From Camelus ferus (lineage: Eukaryota): DNA of 64,000 nucleotides. Of this stretch, positions 38,985 to 51,772 are shown in pieces; position 1 is the stretch's first letter, and each line of letters begins with the position of its first letter. Under the pieces are notes generated by a model that saw only the letters and a list, made by a program, of their open reading frames with translations, did not search any database and was not told the origin of the DNA. The stretch is taken from the NCBI RefSeq assembly GCF_009834535.1, contig NC_045697.1:91886001-91950000 (forward strand). Direction: 5' to 3'. The position numbers and the translations under genes are program-made.

Positions 38985-40720
38985 ACCAAATGAGTGACAG
39001 ACATAGAGGGGTCAAGGATGATTCCCAGGTTTTTGGCCTGAGCAACTGGAAGTATAAAATCTGCTCTGATGGAGAGGGGTAAGGGTAGAAGGGGTCCTCC
39101 AAACTAAACTTTGGAGGAATATCCAAAATTTACTCTTTTTTTTTTAATGGATGTATAATTGACCTAGTATACTACAGTAATTCCAGGTGAGCAACATAGT
39201 GATTTGGTATTTCTATTCATTACAAAATGATCATCACAATAAGTCTAGTTACATCTGTCCCTTGCAGATATTACAGTATCATTGACAATATTCCCCATGA
39301 CTCTAAAATTTAGTCTCAAGTGTGGTAACCATGAGATGTCTTTCAGAAATCCAACCAGAGATGTAGCACGGGAAATTAGATACATGTTTCTGGAATTCAG
39401 GAGAGAGGCTTGAGCCAAAGATATAAATCTGGGATTCATCTGCTTGTAGATGATATTTAAATCCTGAAGTGGATGAGATCATCATGTCAATGAACATCTA
39501 AAAAGAAGAGATGAGAAAAAATGAGGCAAGAGAAAATTTAAAATGCTGTGGTCCCCTGAAGTCATGTGAAGGATTTGCATTAGGAAGGAAAGCATGATAA
39601 ACTATGTCAAAGGTTGATGATAGGACAGATAAAATGAGGACAGATAAAATGAGGACAGAGATGTATTTAAGCATGTGGAAATCACTGGAATCTTAATGAG
39701 AGTGGTTTGGTGAGAGGTGGGGACTAAAGCCTGATAGAAATGGATTTAAAAGAAACTCATCAAAGAGGAAACTTGGGTAGAGTGATTAGAGACTGGTCTT
39801 TCATGGAGTTTTGCAGTAAAGGAGAGGACAGATGTGGGACGCAAGTTAGCACAGAAAGTGAGGTCTAGAGAAAGTTTTTTTTTTGTATTGAATTAATATG
39901 GGAAAAATAACAACATGTTTTTATACCAGTAGCAGTGATCCAGGAAAGACACAAAAATTAATGAAGCTGGAAACAGAGGGAAGAAGAACTGGGACTGTAT
40001 CTTGGGAGAGAATGTGAGCAAGTATGCATGTGGAGAGACTGGCTTTAGAAAAGAACAGAGTTCACCGATAGGAACAGGCAGAAAGACAGGTTAACTGGGT
40101 GCAAACACTGGTAGGTGGTGGATGTAGGGGTGATTGTTAGCAGATGCTCCATTCTGATTGCTTCGGTTGTAATTGGGAATCAAGGTCATCAGTGAAGAGT
40201 GAGGGTAGACAAGGAGATATTTGAAGTCCGCGGAAGGAGGATCAGTGTGAAATATTAACAGTGCTAGTGGAGAGTGAATGGACCAAGGAAACACAATATG
40301 AATGACAGACAGCGTTGAGAGTCCACTTGAGGTTTGTGGTCATAAATTTAAAGTGGGGCCAGTCAGCATGGTTATGTGTTTTTCTCCACTTACTTTCAGC
40401 TGCATGGGTGCAGGCATAAAGTAGCTGAAAATTGGATTTAACCTGGATTGTCTTTTAGTCACAGGAGTATAAGAAAGGGAGAAATGACCAAGACAATTTT
40501 GTGAGAATTCAAGGAAATGAGTATAGTGAACGTCCATGGAATTAAATAGACTAAAGAGAGAAAGAAGCATAGCCAGTGGGTGAGACAAAAAGGTAAATAG
40601 ATTGGAAATCTCAGTGGGCTAGAAAGATTTCAGGAGTCAGGATGCTAAAGGGAATGAATTGGAAAGATGGGGGATGATTACCTCGGGTATAACCACAGGA
40701 GTGACTCAGGTCGGGTGGAG
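38985..40720 (-). mobile_element. L2 LINE (long antisense piece) interrupted by an L1 3' end
   Basis: GGGGTCAAGGATGATTCCCAGGTTTTTGGCCTGAGCAACTGG, TCTGGAATTCAGGAGAGAGG, GTGGTCATAAATTTAAAGTG. Confidence 0.8.
39137..39304 (-). mobile_element. 5'-truncated L1 3' end with TSD
   Basis: Poly-T followed by L1 3' UTR (CAACATAGTGATTTGGTATTTCTATTCATTACAAAATGATC); flanked by AAAATTTACTCT (39125-39136) and AAAATTTAGTCT (39305-39316). Confidence 0.8.
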
Positions 40721-40989
40721 GATAGGACAGTTAAAGGAATTTAGGGAACTGAATTTTTAAAAAAATCTTGAAGCTTGATTTTTTAAATAATTTCGTAAAC
40801 TTTTAATTTAAAAAGGACAAATTTGGAAACTTCTTTAATACCATTATGTATGAATTAAAGAGGTAAGTCTGTATATTTCTGTTAACATCTGTTTAGGGAA
40901 AGAAATAGGGTATCTGAATATTTTTTTTCCCCCAGAAATGAAGAGCTGGAAAGTGACACTATGTTAATTTTGATGTTAGTTTGATGTTT

Positions 40990-41068
40990 TATAGGGCTGA
41001 ACCATACAAAATTGCTGATATACTAACTCTAACCTATAAAGTGGCGGTTTCCTATGTCTAGCCTAATA
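40990..41068. mobile_element. MADE2 mariner MITE
   Basis: About 80 bp, TATAGGGCTGAACCATACAAAATTGC...GCGGTTTCCTATGTCTAGCCTAATA, with inverted ends. Confidence 0.75.
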
Positions 41069-42090
41069 CGCACGTATGAGAGCATCCAGCAGTGCACACG
41101 CATGAGTAAGGCGACATTGCTCAGACAAAAGTGAAAGAAAAACGGGTCTGAAATTCTGTCCATAGGAATAGGCTTCCCAAAAAAGAAACATGAGTTTCTC
41201 TTTTAAAAAGAAGAAAAATTAAGGCAGAGCAGGCAGGCAAGAAATGACTTTCAGTTTCTATCTTTGCAGTCTTCCTCTTTGGGCTCATTCTTGGCAGACT
41301 CATTATCAGAAGCTAGATGTCACTGATGTTTTTAATATTTTGGTTATAAAAATAATGCATGAACACATCTTTATTTTCAAAAGATACAGACAATATAAAA
41401 ATTTATGTAGTAGAATATGAAAGTTATTTTCTCCTTTTCCTTCCCGAACTTCAACTGCTTTTCCCAGAGGTAACCCCTGCAAAGTGCTTTTAGTCTCCTT
41501 TCTATGCCTTGGTCTGCATCTACTTATGCATATAAACACAGCTCTCCTCCTCCTCCTTCTCCTCTTCCCCTTTTTCTTCTTCCTCCTCCTTTCACATAAA
41601 TGGGAAAATAATACAGGTATATTTTTTCACTTGGATTTTTCATTTAGTGATACATTTTATGGATCTTTCTATACCGAAATGTATAGAGCTACTTCACTTT
41701 AAATGGTTACATTTGTTCAGTAGTATTTATGTATCAAAATTTATTTCACCACCTCTCTACTTATGGATTTTAGATTACTAAAAGTAAATGATGATAATAA
41801 TAATACTACTTTCAATGGATATTTTGAGTTGAAAAAATAACTACAGGTAAAACACTTACGAGAGTACCTTGCACGTAGGAAGCACTCAAAATAGCACTTG
41901 ACAATACCAATCTTTTTATTTTTCCATGTCTGATGGAGGCAGATGATGACGTATTGCTCTTTTATTTGCCTTTCCTGATTAATGATTTTGAGTATCTCTC
42001 CATATATGTACCCTTCATTTTATTTTCTCCAACTGCCAGTTTATATCCTTTACAATTAATCTTTATTGGTTTGGTGACTCATATGTTCTG

Positions 42091-42499
42091 TAATTTTCTG
42101 TTTTGGTAGTGTCTTTTATCTGATTTGGTATCATTTCATAGAATGAGTTTGAGAGTGGCCCGTCGTCTTCAATCTTCTGGAGTTGTTTAAGAAGGATTGG
42201 TATGAGCTCTTCTTTGTATGCTTGATAGAATTCCCCAGTGAAGCCATTCAGTCCTGGATTTCCGTTTGCAGGGAGTTTTTTTGATTACAGAATCTGTTTC
42301 ACTTCTAGTGATTGGTCTGTTAAAATAATCTGTTTCTTCTTGATTCAGTTTTGGTGGACTGTATGTTTCTAGAAACTTGTCCATTTCTTCCAAGTTGTCC
42401 AATCTGTTGGAATATCATTTTTCATAGTATTCTCTTATGGTGTTTTGTATTTCTGTGGTATCAGCTGTAATTTCTCCTCTTTCATTTCTTACTCTGGGA
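42091..42499 (-). mobile_element. Internal L1 ORF2 fragment flanked by a 14-bp TSD, no poly(A)
   Basis: ORF 42187-42402 MDNLEEMDKFLETYSPPKLNQEE is L1 ORF2. ACTCATATGTTCTG occurs at 42077-42090 and 42500-42513. Confidence 0.9.
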
Positions 42500-45019
42500 A
42501 CTCATATGTTCTGGATATAGTTCTTTGAGTGTTAAATACACAGAAATATTTTATCCTAATTTATCATTTAGTTTTGAACTTTTAAAATATCTGTAGTGAA
42601 CACTTTTGATGTCCCTTGTTACATCACTTTGGTCTAACTCTGATTCCAGCTGCAGTCATAATGGACTGTATCCCACCTCAAGCCTGCACCACGTCCCTCA
42701 GGACCTTGTCTAAAGACCTGAGCTTCCCCAACCAGTATGTAATTGCAGCCCAGAAGCTAAAAGAGTGAAAATGTCCCCAAGGGCAGTTCTTAACCTGTCA
42801 GTGACAGGAGCCAGAGGATAAATGTCCCAGACTCCCTTCCTTTCACTAGACAATTCTAGGAGGCATTATCCGTGCTTCTCTAAGATCCCTGAGTAATTGA
42901 GACCCCCATTGCCTCCAAATGTATACTTGCTTTTCCTGGTTCCCTTTCTTTTTTTCCCCCAGATATTCTACTCCTGCCTCCTAGGTTCATCTCCCAAATA
43001 AACTACCTGTCCCCACGTCACAGACTTTTACGGGAGACCATTTTTTACAAATGAGACCAATTGAGGCAACTGATAATGGAGTTGGTCCTAGAGATCAGAC
43101 TGTCAGGGTAGGATACCAGAAATGGATCCTGTTAGATGACAGCAATTACTATGTTACATTTGATAAGTGGGATGGTAATGCTATGTAATGGTGATAGTGG
43201 GATGATGATGGATGAAATTCCAAAAACTCTCAATTATGGTTTATTGGAATGAGTTAAAAGTAGAAGTCAAAGGATTGGGTTATGCATTACCACTAGCAGT
43301 TGAATGAGACAGGGGCAGTAGCAATTATGAGGATCGTGGATTTGATGACCTGTTAACAACCTTAGAATTCTTGGGGAAAGAGAATGATAGACTCACTCCC
43401 CTCTCTAAGCAGAGACTGCTCTCCTGCAGCCAGAAGGAAGGCTAGATAGGGCTTAATTCTAAGGATGGCAGCAGTGCAAAGGAGATTTATGTCAGCCTCA
43501 ATGAATCAACTATGTTAAAGTCAGAAAACAAATTTAAAAGACTCAGAAGCTGAGACTGGGATGGGAACAGTTGGATGGATGAGCCTGAGAACTCTGAACC
43601 TAAATTTCTCACCCAGTCTTTTATTCAGCTCCTCTTCCCTTCTAGAGAAGAGCAACATGCCCTTACCGTTTCCACACAAAGATATCATCTGAGGTGATGC
43701 CCGTTGAGTTGATGCTTATTATTCTCAAGAGTCCATCCTGTGTGCCATTGTTGTGTTTAGTCAGTAACTAGAATCACAGTAGAGCCTAACCTGAGTGGAC
43801 AATTACTCTGGCTGTTCCTAACTCCAGGAATGAAATAGCTTATTCACTGACAGAATAGTAGAGCGTAGCTAATACTCACAGGCAAGAAACAGCAGAGCAT
43901 GTTCAGAAGTGGATTTCTGAAAGTGCTGAACCAGGCAAGGCTGATAGTTCAGAATGTAAAGGCTGGACAAGGGAGCATTTATTGGCGTAAGAACACTCTC
44001 CTTCACCAGGATACTTGAAACCCGTTTTATGTGGTTTTAGTATGGCCCCTTGAAGCTTAGACATGATGGTGGTCTTCAGTAAAGGAGCTGGAGATGCAGA
44101 ACTATTTTGTCAGCATATTGTGGAAGGGGTCAGAGGAGAGAGAGGAGAGAATATTACAATATATTTTTCATGTGAGGTTAAAAAACCCACTTCTTTATCA
44201 AGAAAAAGTCTGAAATGGCCCTTCCTTTAATGAAGTAATGAAGAATGGACATGTGAGGGGACACTAACATGGTTGAGAAGCTCAGGGGCTCTTATCTCCT
44301 GAAGGCTAGTGTTGACGGTGGAGTAGACTGCTGTGGAACTGGACTCACAGTGATAGATTAGTGGAAAATTAGAGGCTAGGAGCTTCTTAGGCACTGGGGG
44401 GGAGTGGGATATAATTACGAAAATGATCAGTGGGTTAGAGTGATAATCAGGTTGCCTTAACAGTGATCTCTGGCAATGACTGTTAGACCATGGTGACCCT
44501 AGGGTGAGAAAGATGGGCAATCAAGCAGGATATTTTTTTGACTTGTATAACCAAAAACATAGTAATAAAATTTAAGAAGCTGAATGGAAGAAATCTATTT
44601 GTTGTTGTTGTTGTTGTTGACATAATGAAAAAATCCAGTGCCTCACCCTGGTTCAAAGAGTGACCCTATTCTCACACCTAGATGTAATCAATTGAAGCGA
44701 AGTCCAGGTCCCCTTGAGGAGGATCTTGTAACATCAATCCAAGAGTATATAAAAAAAATTCCCTCATTCTTCTCCAATCCAGGTTAACTATATACAGGGG
44801 GAAGGACGGTTTCCTAGGCTTTTGAGGGATATGGGATACAGAGTTTCAGCTGACATTGATACTAAGAGATCCAGAATGCTATCACGCCCCCATGGTTAGA
44901 AGTAATAAATGAACTCACTGATTAGGAAATCCAAATGGGTCTATAAGCCATCTCAAGTGGAATTTCAGAGGTTGACACTTCCCTTAAAATGAAAAAAAAT
45001 ACAAGTGGTGATTTTAATG

Positions 45020-47450
45020 TAGTCCTGTTTAGTTCACCTATATGGTTTATACAGAAACAGGATTATACCATATATGGGTAAACCACTCTAAGCTTTATCA
45101 AATTGTATCAGCAATTCTGGCTGCTATACCAGATGTGGTGTTTTTATTGGAGCAGAAACATAACCTCTGGTACTTGAAATGTGACTATTGATCTGGTAAA
45201 TATGTTCTTTTCAATCTGTATCTTTTAAAAAGGATCAAAATCAGTTGTTTTATGGGAGGGACAACAGTGCACATTTACCTTCTTTCTCCAGGGCTGTATT
45301 ATATCTATGGTTCTCTGCCACTGTATAGTTTGAAGGATCCTTGATAATTTTGACATGCTACAGAATTATCATGGCTACTATATTGATTTTCTTGTGCTAA
45401 TCAGACCTGATGGAAAGGAAGTGGCCAGTACCCTGGATGCTCTACTAAAACACATTTGTAAGAGAGGATGGGAGATGAATCCTATAAATATTCAGGGACT
45501 CGTCAAGTTGATGAAATTCAGGGGGATGGCTTGGGGGACTTGTGAAATGTCCCATCCCGGTAAAGAACAAATCATTGCACCTCACATCTTTCAACTCTGA
45601 GAAAAATGAACATCGTTTGGCGGCCTTGGTACACTTGGCTTATTTGAATTTTGGATGCAATGTATACTATACTTGGGAATAATGCTTCCAATGGCTTTTT
45701 GATTACTTAGAAGAATGCTAGTTTTGTGTGAGGTCCAGAGAAAGAGAGGCTTCTTTACTAGGTTTAGGTTGTTGTATAACCTGCCATTCAAGGTGTATGA
45801 CCCAGGAGATACAATGGGGCTAGGTGTAAAAAGCCCCTTAAGAGAGCTGCTGTACATTCCCCTAGGCACCTAGAAGAAGATGATGTCTTTAGCAGCAGAA
45901 AACCATTTACCATTTAAAAACAAGATTCTGGGAGGCTACTGAGCCCTTGTAGGGACCGAGTGCCTTTCCATGATGCACCAAAGAACCATGAGACTGGAGT
46001 GACCTAGTAGAGGAGTTTGTCAGATCCACCAAGTCATAAGGTTGGGCAGCTACATAGCAATTTATTGCATGATGGAAATTGTATAGTAGGGATTTGGCCC
46101 AAACAAGTTCAAGAACAGATAAACCAATGCCTCTTCCCCAGCTTATACTTCATGGGACATTCCTTTCAGCTAGTTGATGGGGTAGAGGAGGAATTTGGCC
46201 CAGAGACTGGCTTAATAATTTAGTATGAGCCAAATGGAATACTGATGCACTACAGGCCCGCTAAGTTAGTTCTAAAAGACATTGATGAAAGGAAATTATT
46301 TAATCGGGCAGAAATGTGAGCAGTATACCTAGTTTTGCACTTTATATGGAGGGAAAAGTGGCCTAAAGTAAGACTGGTTTCCCATGCAACAGTAAATGGC
46401 TCTACTTGTTTGTCTAAGGCAGGGGTTGGCAAACGATGTGCTGAAAGCCACGTCTGCTTCAGTGTCTGTTTTTATATAGCCTGTGAGTTAAAATTGGTTT
46501 TATATTTTTAAATGGTTGGAAAAAGTTTAAAAAGAATATTTCATAATGTGTGAAAATCATATGAAACTGAAATTTGGTGTCCATAAATAATACTTCATTG
46601 AAACACAGCCACACATTCATTTATGTAATATTCATGGCTTTTTTTTGTGCTATGACGGCAGAGTTGAATAGCTGCAACAGAGATTGTATGGTTCACCAAA
46701 TCTAAAATATTTATTATATGCCCCTTTTACAGGGAAAGTTTATGGACTCCCTGGTGAATGGCTTGGGAGAAGAATGACTAGAATACATAGGCAGGGATAT
46801 TTTTTAAAGAACTATGTGGATGGACTCATGGCGATGGGTGCAGGTTCTGTTTGTCTCATGATGATGCCCAGTGAAAATAATCCACTTCAGAAGGGACATT
46901 GAACAACTGGTGAAGAAGATGCCTCCTCTGACAGAGGTATGCCAGCCTCTGTCCTCAGGCACCCTTTTGCCTACCGTAAGGGCGTGATGAATCGCCATGC
47001 TGGTACTGATGATGGCCATGCATGGAACCAACAGCATGGGCTTTCTTTTAGCCAGGATGATGTAGCTCCTGTCACTACTAAATGCCTGATCTATCAGCAG
47101 CAGGGATCAATGCTGGGCCCTTGATATGGTATGTTATCAAGCCGACCAGTTCTCCATTTAGTGTCAGGTTGTTACAGAAGCCCCTTTCCAGCCTGATGAG
47201 GGCAGTCATTCATTCTTACTAAAACTGACACTCACTCCCCATATGAATTTGCCTGCTCTGCCTGCAGTATAGAGCACCATAACCTGAGAGTTTAGAGAAT
47301 GTCAGATTTGCTGATGTGGGATACCGCAAAACAAATCCTTAGACACGACCTTGGGACCAATCTGATGAGTATATCCTACTCATTGCAACAGTCTATTTAA
47401 GTCTCAGCTATGGCTGCTTGGGATGATGTCCTACAAAGTTAAACTGCTGT
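45020..47450 (+). pseudogene. pol: ERVL pol pseudogene (RT, RNase H, integrase)
   Basis: Fragmented ORFs similar to ERVL Pol; catalytic YIDD has decayed to YIDF; many stops and frameshifts; interrupted by MER58B. Confidence 0.85.
46420..46753. mobile_element. MER58B hAT-Charlie element nested in ERVL pol
   Basis: Ends CAGGGGTTGGCAAAC / GTTTATGGACTCCCTG; core TTGAAACACAGCCAC...GACGGCAGAGTTGAATAG; decayed 8-bp TSD GTCTAAGG / GTGAATGG. Confidence 0.88.
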
Positions 47451-49925
47451 CCTTCAGGATGCATTATATGATTTGACCAAATATCTGCTATTTGAAGCTG
47501 TATCTTCAATTGCTAGAATATATGGATTCAAGGACAAAGGAGAGGAAGTAGGAGCAATCCTTCTCAATATGACTTCAATGGCCCACTCTAGAAATTTGGG
47601 CTCTACCCCACCCCGCAACAAATCTAGGGTCTATGGATTGGACCTTTTGGTTCCCAAGCTTCTACTGGGGATACAGTAAGGATTTTACCTTCACTAAACT
47701 TCTAACTATCAATGGATGATTTGTAATTCCCCTTGTCAGGCCCTGACAAGAGCTCTAGGACTTAAACCTGAGAATTCTAGAATTGGTGGTAGAGAAAGGA
47801 CCTTTACTTGGCTGTAGCTCTGGGTGCTGTGACTTACTCCACTTACTCTTCTGTATCAAGCATTTTTAAAAGATGTGTCTAATCACTAGTTTGAAAAGGT
47901 AGTGGCAGAGCGGTTTTAATGTGGGGCACTCATGGATAAGAATGCTGCTAAGAGTAGACTGTAGCTGATGCTTTGGTGTGCTGAGTCACATCCCATTGGT
48001 CCTCATCAGATTTCAGTCATAGCATGCTGAAAAGTTCTGTGCACACTCGGACTCACATGGACATAGTAGGGCCTTAAATGCACTTTACTCTCTTCTTTCT
48101 GAAGTCTTTGGAACTCACTCAGTCAGTGTGCAAGTGATGCCCAGAAATGTGGGAACTTAGTGCTCTAAGGGTGACCCTCAACCAAAGTGGGGCAGGAAAG
48201 TAAATGTAAATGCTCATTCTTCTGTCTTTTTCATGAGTGATTCAGGGAGGTATTATGGGAAATTGACATTCCATTGCCCACCACATCAGCTTCCAAAAAT
48301 TCCATACCCTTATATTTACTTTCCCTCATTTTCTTTCTCCCTCTTTCTTATTCCTGTTCTCTGTGATCATTTTCAAAATAAATTACCTACACTGAAATTC
48401 TTGTCTTAGACTCTCCTTTCCAGTAATTCAAACTAAGATGATATCATCTGAAATATTGAAATTTTAAGAGTTTTTATGTGGTCAAAACTATTATTCTTTT
48501 CCTTTATGGCTTCTGTGTTTTGCTTATGAAGCCCTAATCACTTTAAGATTATGAAAACATTTGTCAGTATTTCCTTTTAATACTTTTAAAGTGCAGTGTC
48601 TAAGTACTAATCATTTATTTTATCTACTTTATGAGATATGAATTTAGTGTTATTCTTTAATAAATATAATCAACTATCCTCTCACCATTTTTTGAATAGT
48701 TCATTTCCTTTACAAATTGATTTTGAATGTCATTGATGTCATATACACAATTCCTACATAAATTTTATTGTGGTTTATTGATCTATACTTACATCACTGT
48801 GCTCATATCACAATACTTTAATTATGTATTGTATATTTTGATATCTGATTGGGCAAGTTCTATTTTTAGTGTTTTATTTATCTCTTTTTTTTTCACAATT
48901 GCTTTGACCATTTCCATACACATGCTGTTCAGTATAAACTTTACTAACAGCTTTACAAATTCTACGAAAAATCCCTTTGAGGTTTTTTATTGAGATTATT
49001 GATATCACATTGAATTTGTATATTTATTTGTGGACATATAACACCTTTACTGAAATTTTTCATTCAGAAATTAATCTACTCGGTGTTTCTTTTTGACTCT
49101 TAGTACAGTTTTGCTTACTTACTTGTTTTCTCACTCTACATATTCATATTTCTTATAAGGTTTACAAGGTTTATTTGTTTTTCATAGGTTTTGTTTCTTT
49201 TTACATAGTTTGTTAGTGGGATCTTCTTTTATATTACAGTATCTAGTTGTGAGGGAGTGTGTAAGAGATGAGGTATACAGGAGACTATTGTTTTTGTAAG
49301 TTGGTATTGTATCAGACCATCTTACAGAACTCTCTTATTAGTTTTATTGTGTTTTTTTTGTTCATGTATTATGGATTTTCCAGGAATAGAATTGTATCAT
49401 CAAGTAATGAAAGTTTTCTTATTTTCTATTATTTTCACACATAGGAGAGTAGACACATGTACTAAATTGTCCGTTTTCCTCATTAACCTTTTTTCCATTT
49501 CTGGATGTGGACCAAGCAAATTTTGAATTTATATGAAGATAAATCCTGTGTTCATAAAGACTAAAAACCAGAGCTAACATATAAGAATGGGAATCCAGAG
49601 TCAGAAGACTGATTTGGGGAAGAGCCAGGAGTCAGAGAGTGATCAGAATCAGGTCCCAAGATACTTAGTAAGAATCTGCAAGAGTCAAAATCAAGGAGAA
49701 AATTCAAGCCAAGATTCAAGAATGCTAAAAATTTGATTCTTTTTCTGCAACAGAGTCAAGTTTGAAAGATATGCGGTGATCAGAGATTGGAATGTACCAC
49801 CTAGGAACTGAAGTGTTGCTAGAGTCATAACAATGGAAATTTATGGGGTAGAGAAGATAAAGGTGCAACTGAAGCATTTGGAATGCTCTCTACCTTTGTG
49901 GGATTTTGTTGTTGGTGTTGTTAAT

Positions 49926-49991
49926 ATTTTATTTTATTTTATTTTATTTTATTTTATTTTATTTTATTTTATTTTATTTTATTTTATTTTT
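49926..49991. repeat. (TTTTA)n microsatellite forming the L1 tail
   Basis: Direct reading; abuts the L1 3' end. Confidence 0.95.
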
Positions 49992-50144
49992 AACATTTTT
50001 TATTGATTTATAATCATTTTACAATGTTGTGTCAAATTGCAGTGTTCAACACAATTTTTCAGTCATACATGGACATATATACACTCATTGTCACATTTTT
50101 TTTCTCTGTGAGCTACCATAACGCTTTGTGTATATTTCCCTGTG

Positions 50145-51772
50145 CTATACAGTATAATCTTGTTTATCTATTCTACAATTTTGAAATCCCAGTCTATCCC
50201 TTCCCACCCTCCACCCCCCTGGTAAGCACAAGTCTGTATTCTCTGTCTGTGAGTCTATTTCTGTCCTGTATTTACGCTTTGTGTTTGTTTGTTTGTTTTT
50301 TAGATTCCACATATGAGTGATCTCATATGGTATTTTTCTTTCTCTTTCTGGCTTACTTCGCTTAGAATGACATTCTCCAGGAGCATCCATGTTGCTGCAA
50401 ATGGCGTTAATGTTGTCGGTTTTTATGGCTGAGTAGTATTCCATTGTATAAATATACCACCTCTTCTTTATCCAGTCACCTGTTGATGGACATTTAGGCT
50501 GTTTCCATGTTTTGGCTATTGTAAATAGTGCTGCTGTGAACACTGGGGTGCAGGTGTCATCCTGAAGTAGATTTCCTTCTGGATACAAGCCCAGGAGTGG
50601 GATTCCTGGGTCATATGGTAAGTCTATTCCTAGTCTTTTGAGCAATCTCCACACTGTTTTCCATAGTGGCTGCACCAAACTGCATCCCCACCAGCAGTGT
50701 AGGAGGGTTCCCCTTTCTCCACAGCCTCTCCAGCATTTGTCATTTGTGGATTTTTGAATGACGGCCATTCTGACTGGTGTGAGGTGATACCTCATTGTAG
50801 TTTTGATTTGCATTTCTCTGATAATTAGTGATATTGAGCCTTTTTTCATGTGCCTTTTGATCATTTGTATGTCTTCCTTGGAGAACTGTTTGTTTAGGTC
50901 TTCTGCCCATTTTTGGATTGGGTTGTTTATTTTTTTCTTATTGAGTCGTATGAGCTGCTTATATGTTCTGGAGATCAAGCCTTTGTCAGTTTCATTTGCA
51001 AAAATTTTCTCCCATTCCATAGGTTGTCTTCTTGTTTTACTTATGGTTTCCTTTGTTGTGCATAAGCTTGTAAGTTTCATTAGGTCCCATTTGTTTATTC
51101 TTGCTTTTATTTCTACTAGGAGAAAAATTTTGAAATGTATGTCAGATAATGTTTTGCCTATGTTTTCCTCTAGGAGGTTTATTGTATCTTGTCTTATGTT
51201 TAAGTGTTTGATCCATTTTGAGTTGATTTTTGTGTATGGTGTAAGGGAGTGTTCTAGCTTCATTGTTTTACATGCTGCTGTCCAGTTTTCCCAACACCAT
51301 TTGCTGAAGAGACTGTCTTTATTCCATTGTATATTCTTGCTTCCTTTGTCGAAGATTAGTTGACCAAACGTTTGTGGGTTCATTTCTGGGCTCTCTATTC
51401 TGTTCCATTGGTCTATATGTCTGTTTTGGTGCCAATACCATGCTGTCTTGATGACTGTAGCTCTATAGTATTGTCTGAAGTCTGGGAGAGTTATTCCTCC
51501 AGCCTCTTTCTTTCTCTTCAGTAATGCTTTGGCAATTCTAGGTCTTTGATGGTTCCATATAAATTTTATTAGATTTGTTCTAGTTCTGTGAAATATGTCC
51601 TGGGTAATTTGATAGGGATTGCATGAAATCTGTAGATTGCCTTGGGCAGTGTGACCATTTTAACAATATTGATTCTTCCAATCCAAGAGCATGGGCTATC
51701 TTTCCATTTTTTAAAGTCTTCTTTAATTTCCCTCATCAGTGGTTTATAGTTTTCTGTGTATAATTCTTTCAC
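50145..51772 (-). pseudogene. ORF2: L1 ORF2 C-terminal fragment (post-RT region and Cys-rich domain), frameshifted
   Basis: ORFs 51569-51772 ([13 protein letters not shown]...PKAIYRF) and 50145-51383 ([47 protein letters not shown]). Frameshifts near 51570 and after YYSAIKTDN; short deletion near [12 protein letters not shown]. Confidence 0.92.

Larger units (their letters stand above)
42592..48440 (+). mobile_element. ERVL provirus (LTR16 / ERV3-16A3-like), two LTRs, degenerate gag-pol
   Basis: 5' LTR 42592-~43060 and 3' LTR 47960-48440 both start TGTAG and carry AATAAA(C/T)TACCT near their ends; TSD ATATC at 42587-42591 and 48441-48445; RT remnant YYIDFLVLIRPDGKEVASTLDALLKHICKRGWEMNP (45355-45600); SDPPSHKVG (46017); integrase N-terminus GHAWNQQHGL...CLIYQQQ (46939-47124). 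Confidence 0.9.
41330..49440 (-). mobile_element. Ancient L1M (L1ME/MC-like) host element split by later insertions
   Basis: Antisense L1 3' UTR at 41330-42090 and L1 ORF2-like T-rich sequence resuming at 42500-42591 and 48441-49440 (e.g. CACATTGAATTTGTATATTTATTTG). Confidence 0.65.

Noticed and set aside
50803..51363. 186-aa plus-strand ORF
   Set aside because: Antisense shadow of L1 ORF2.
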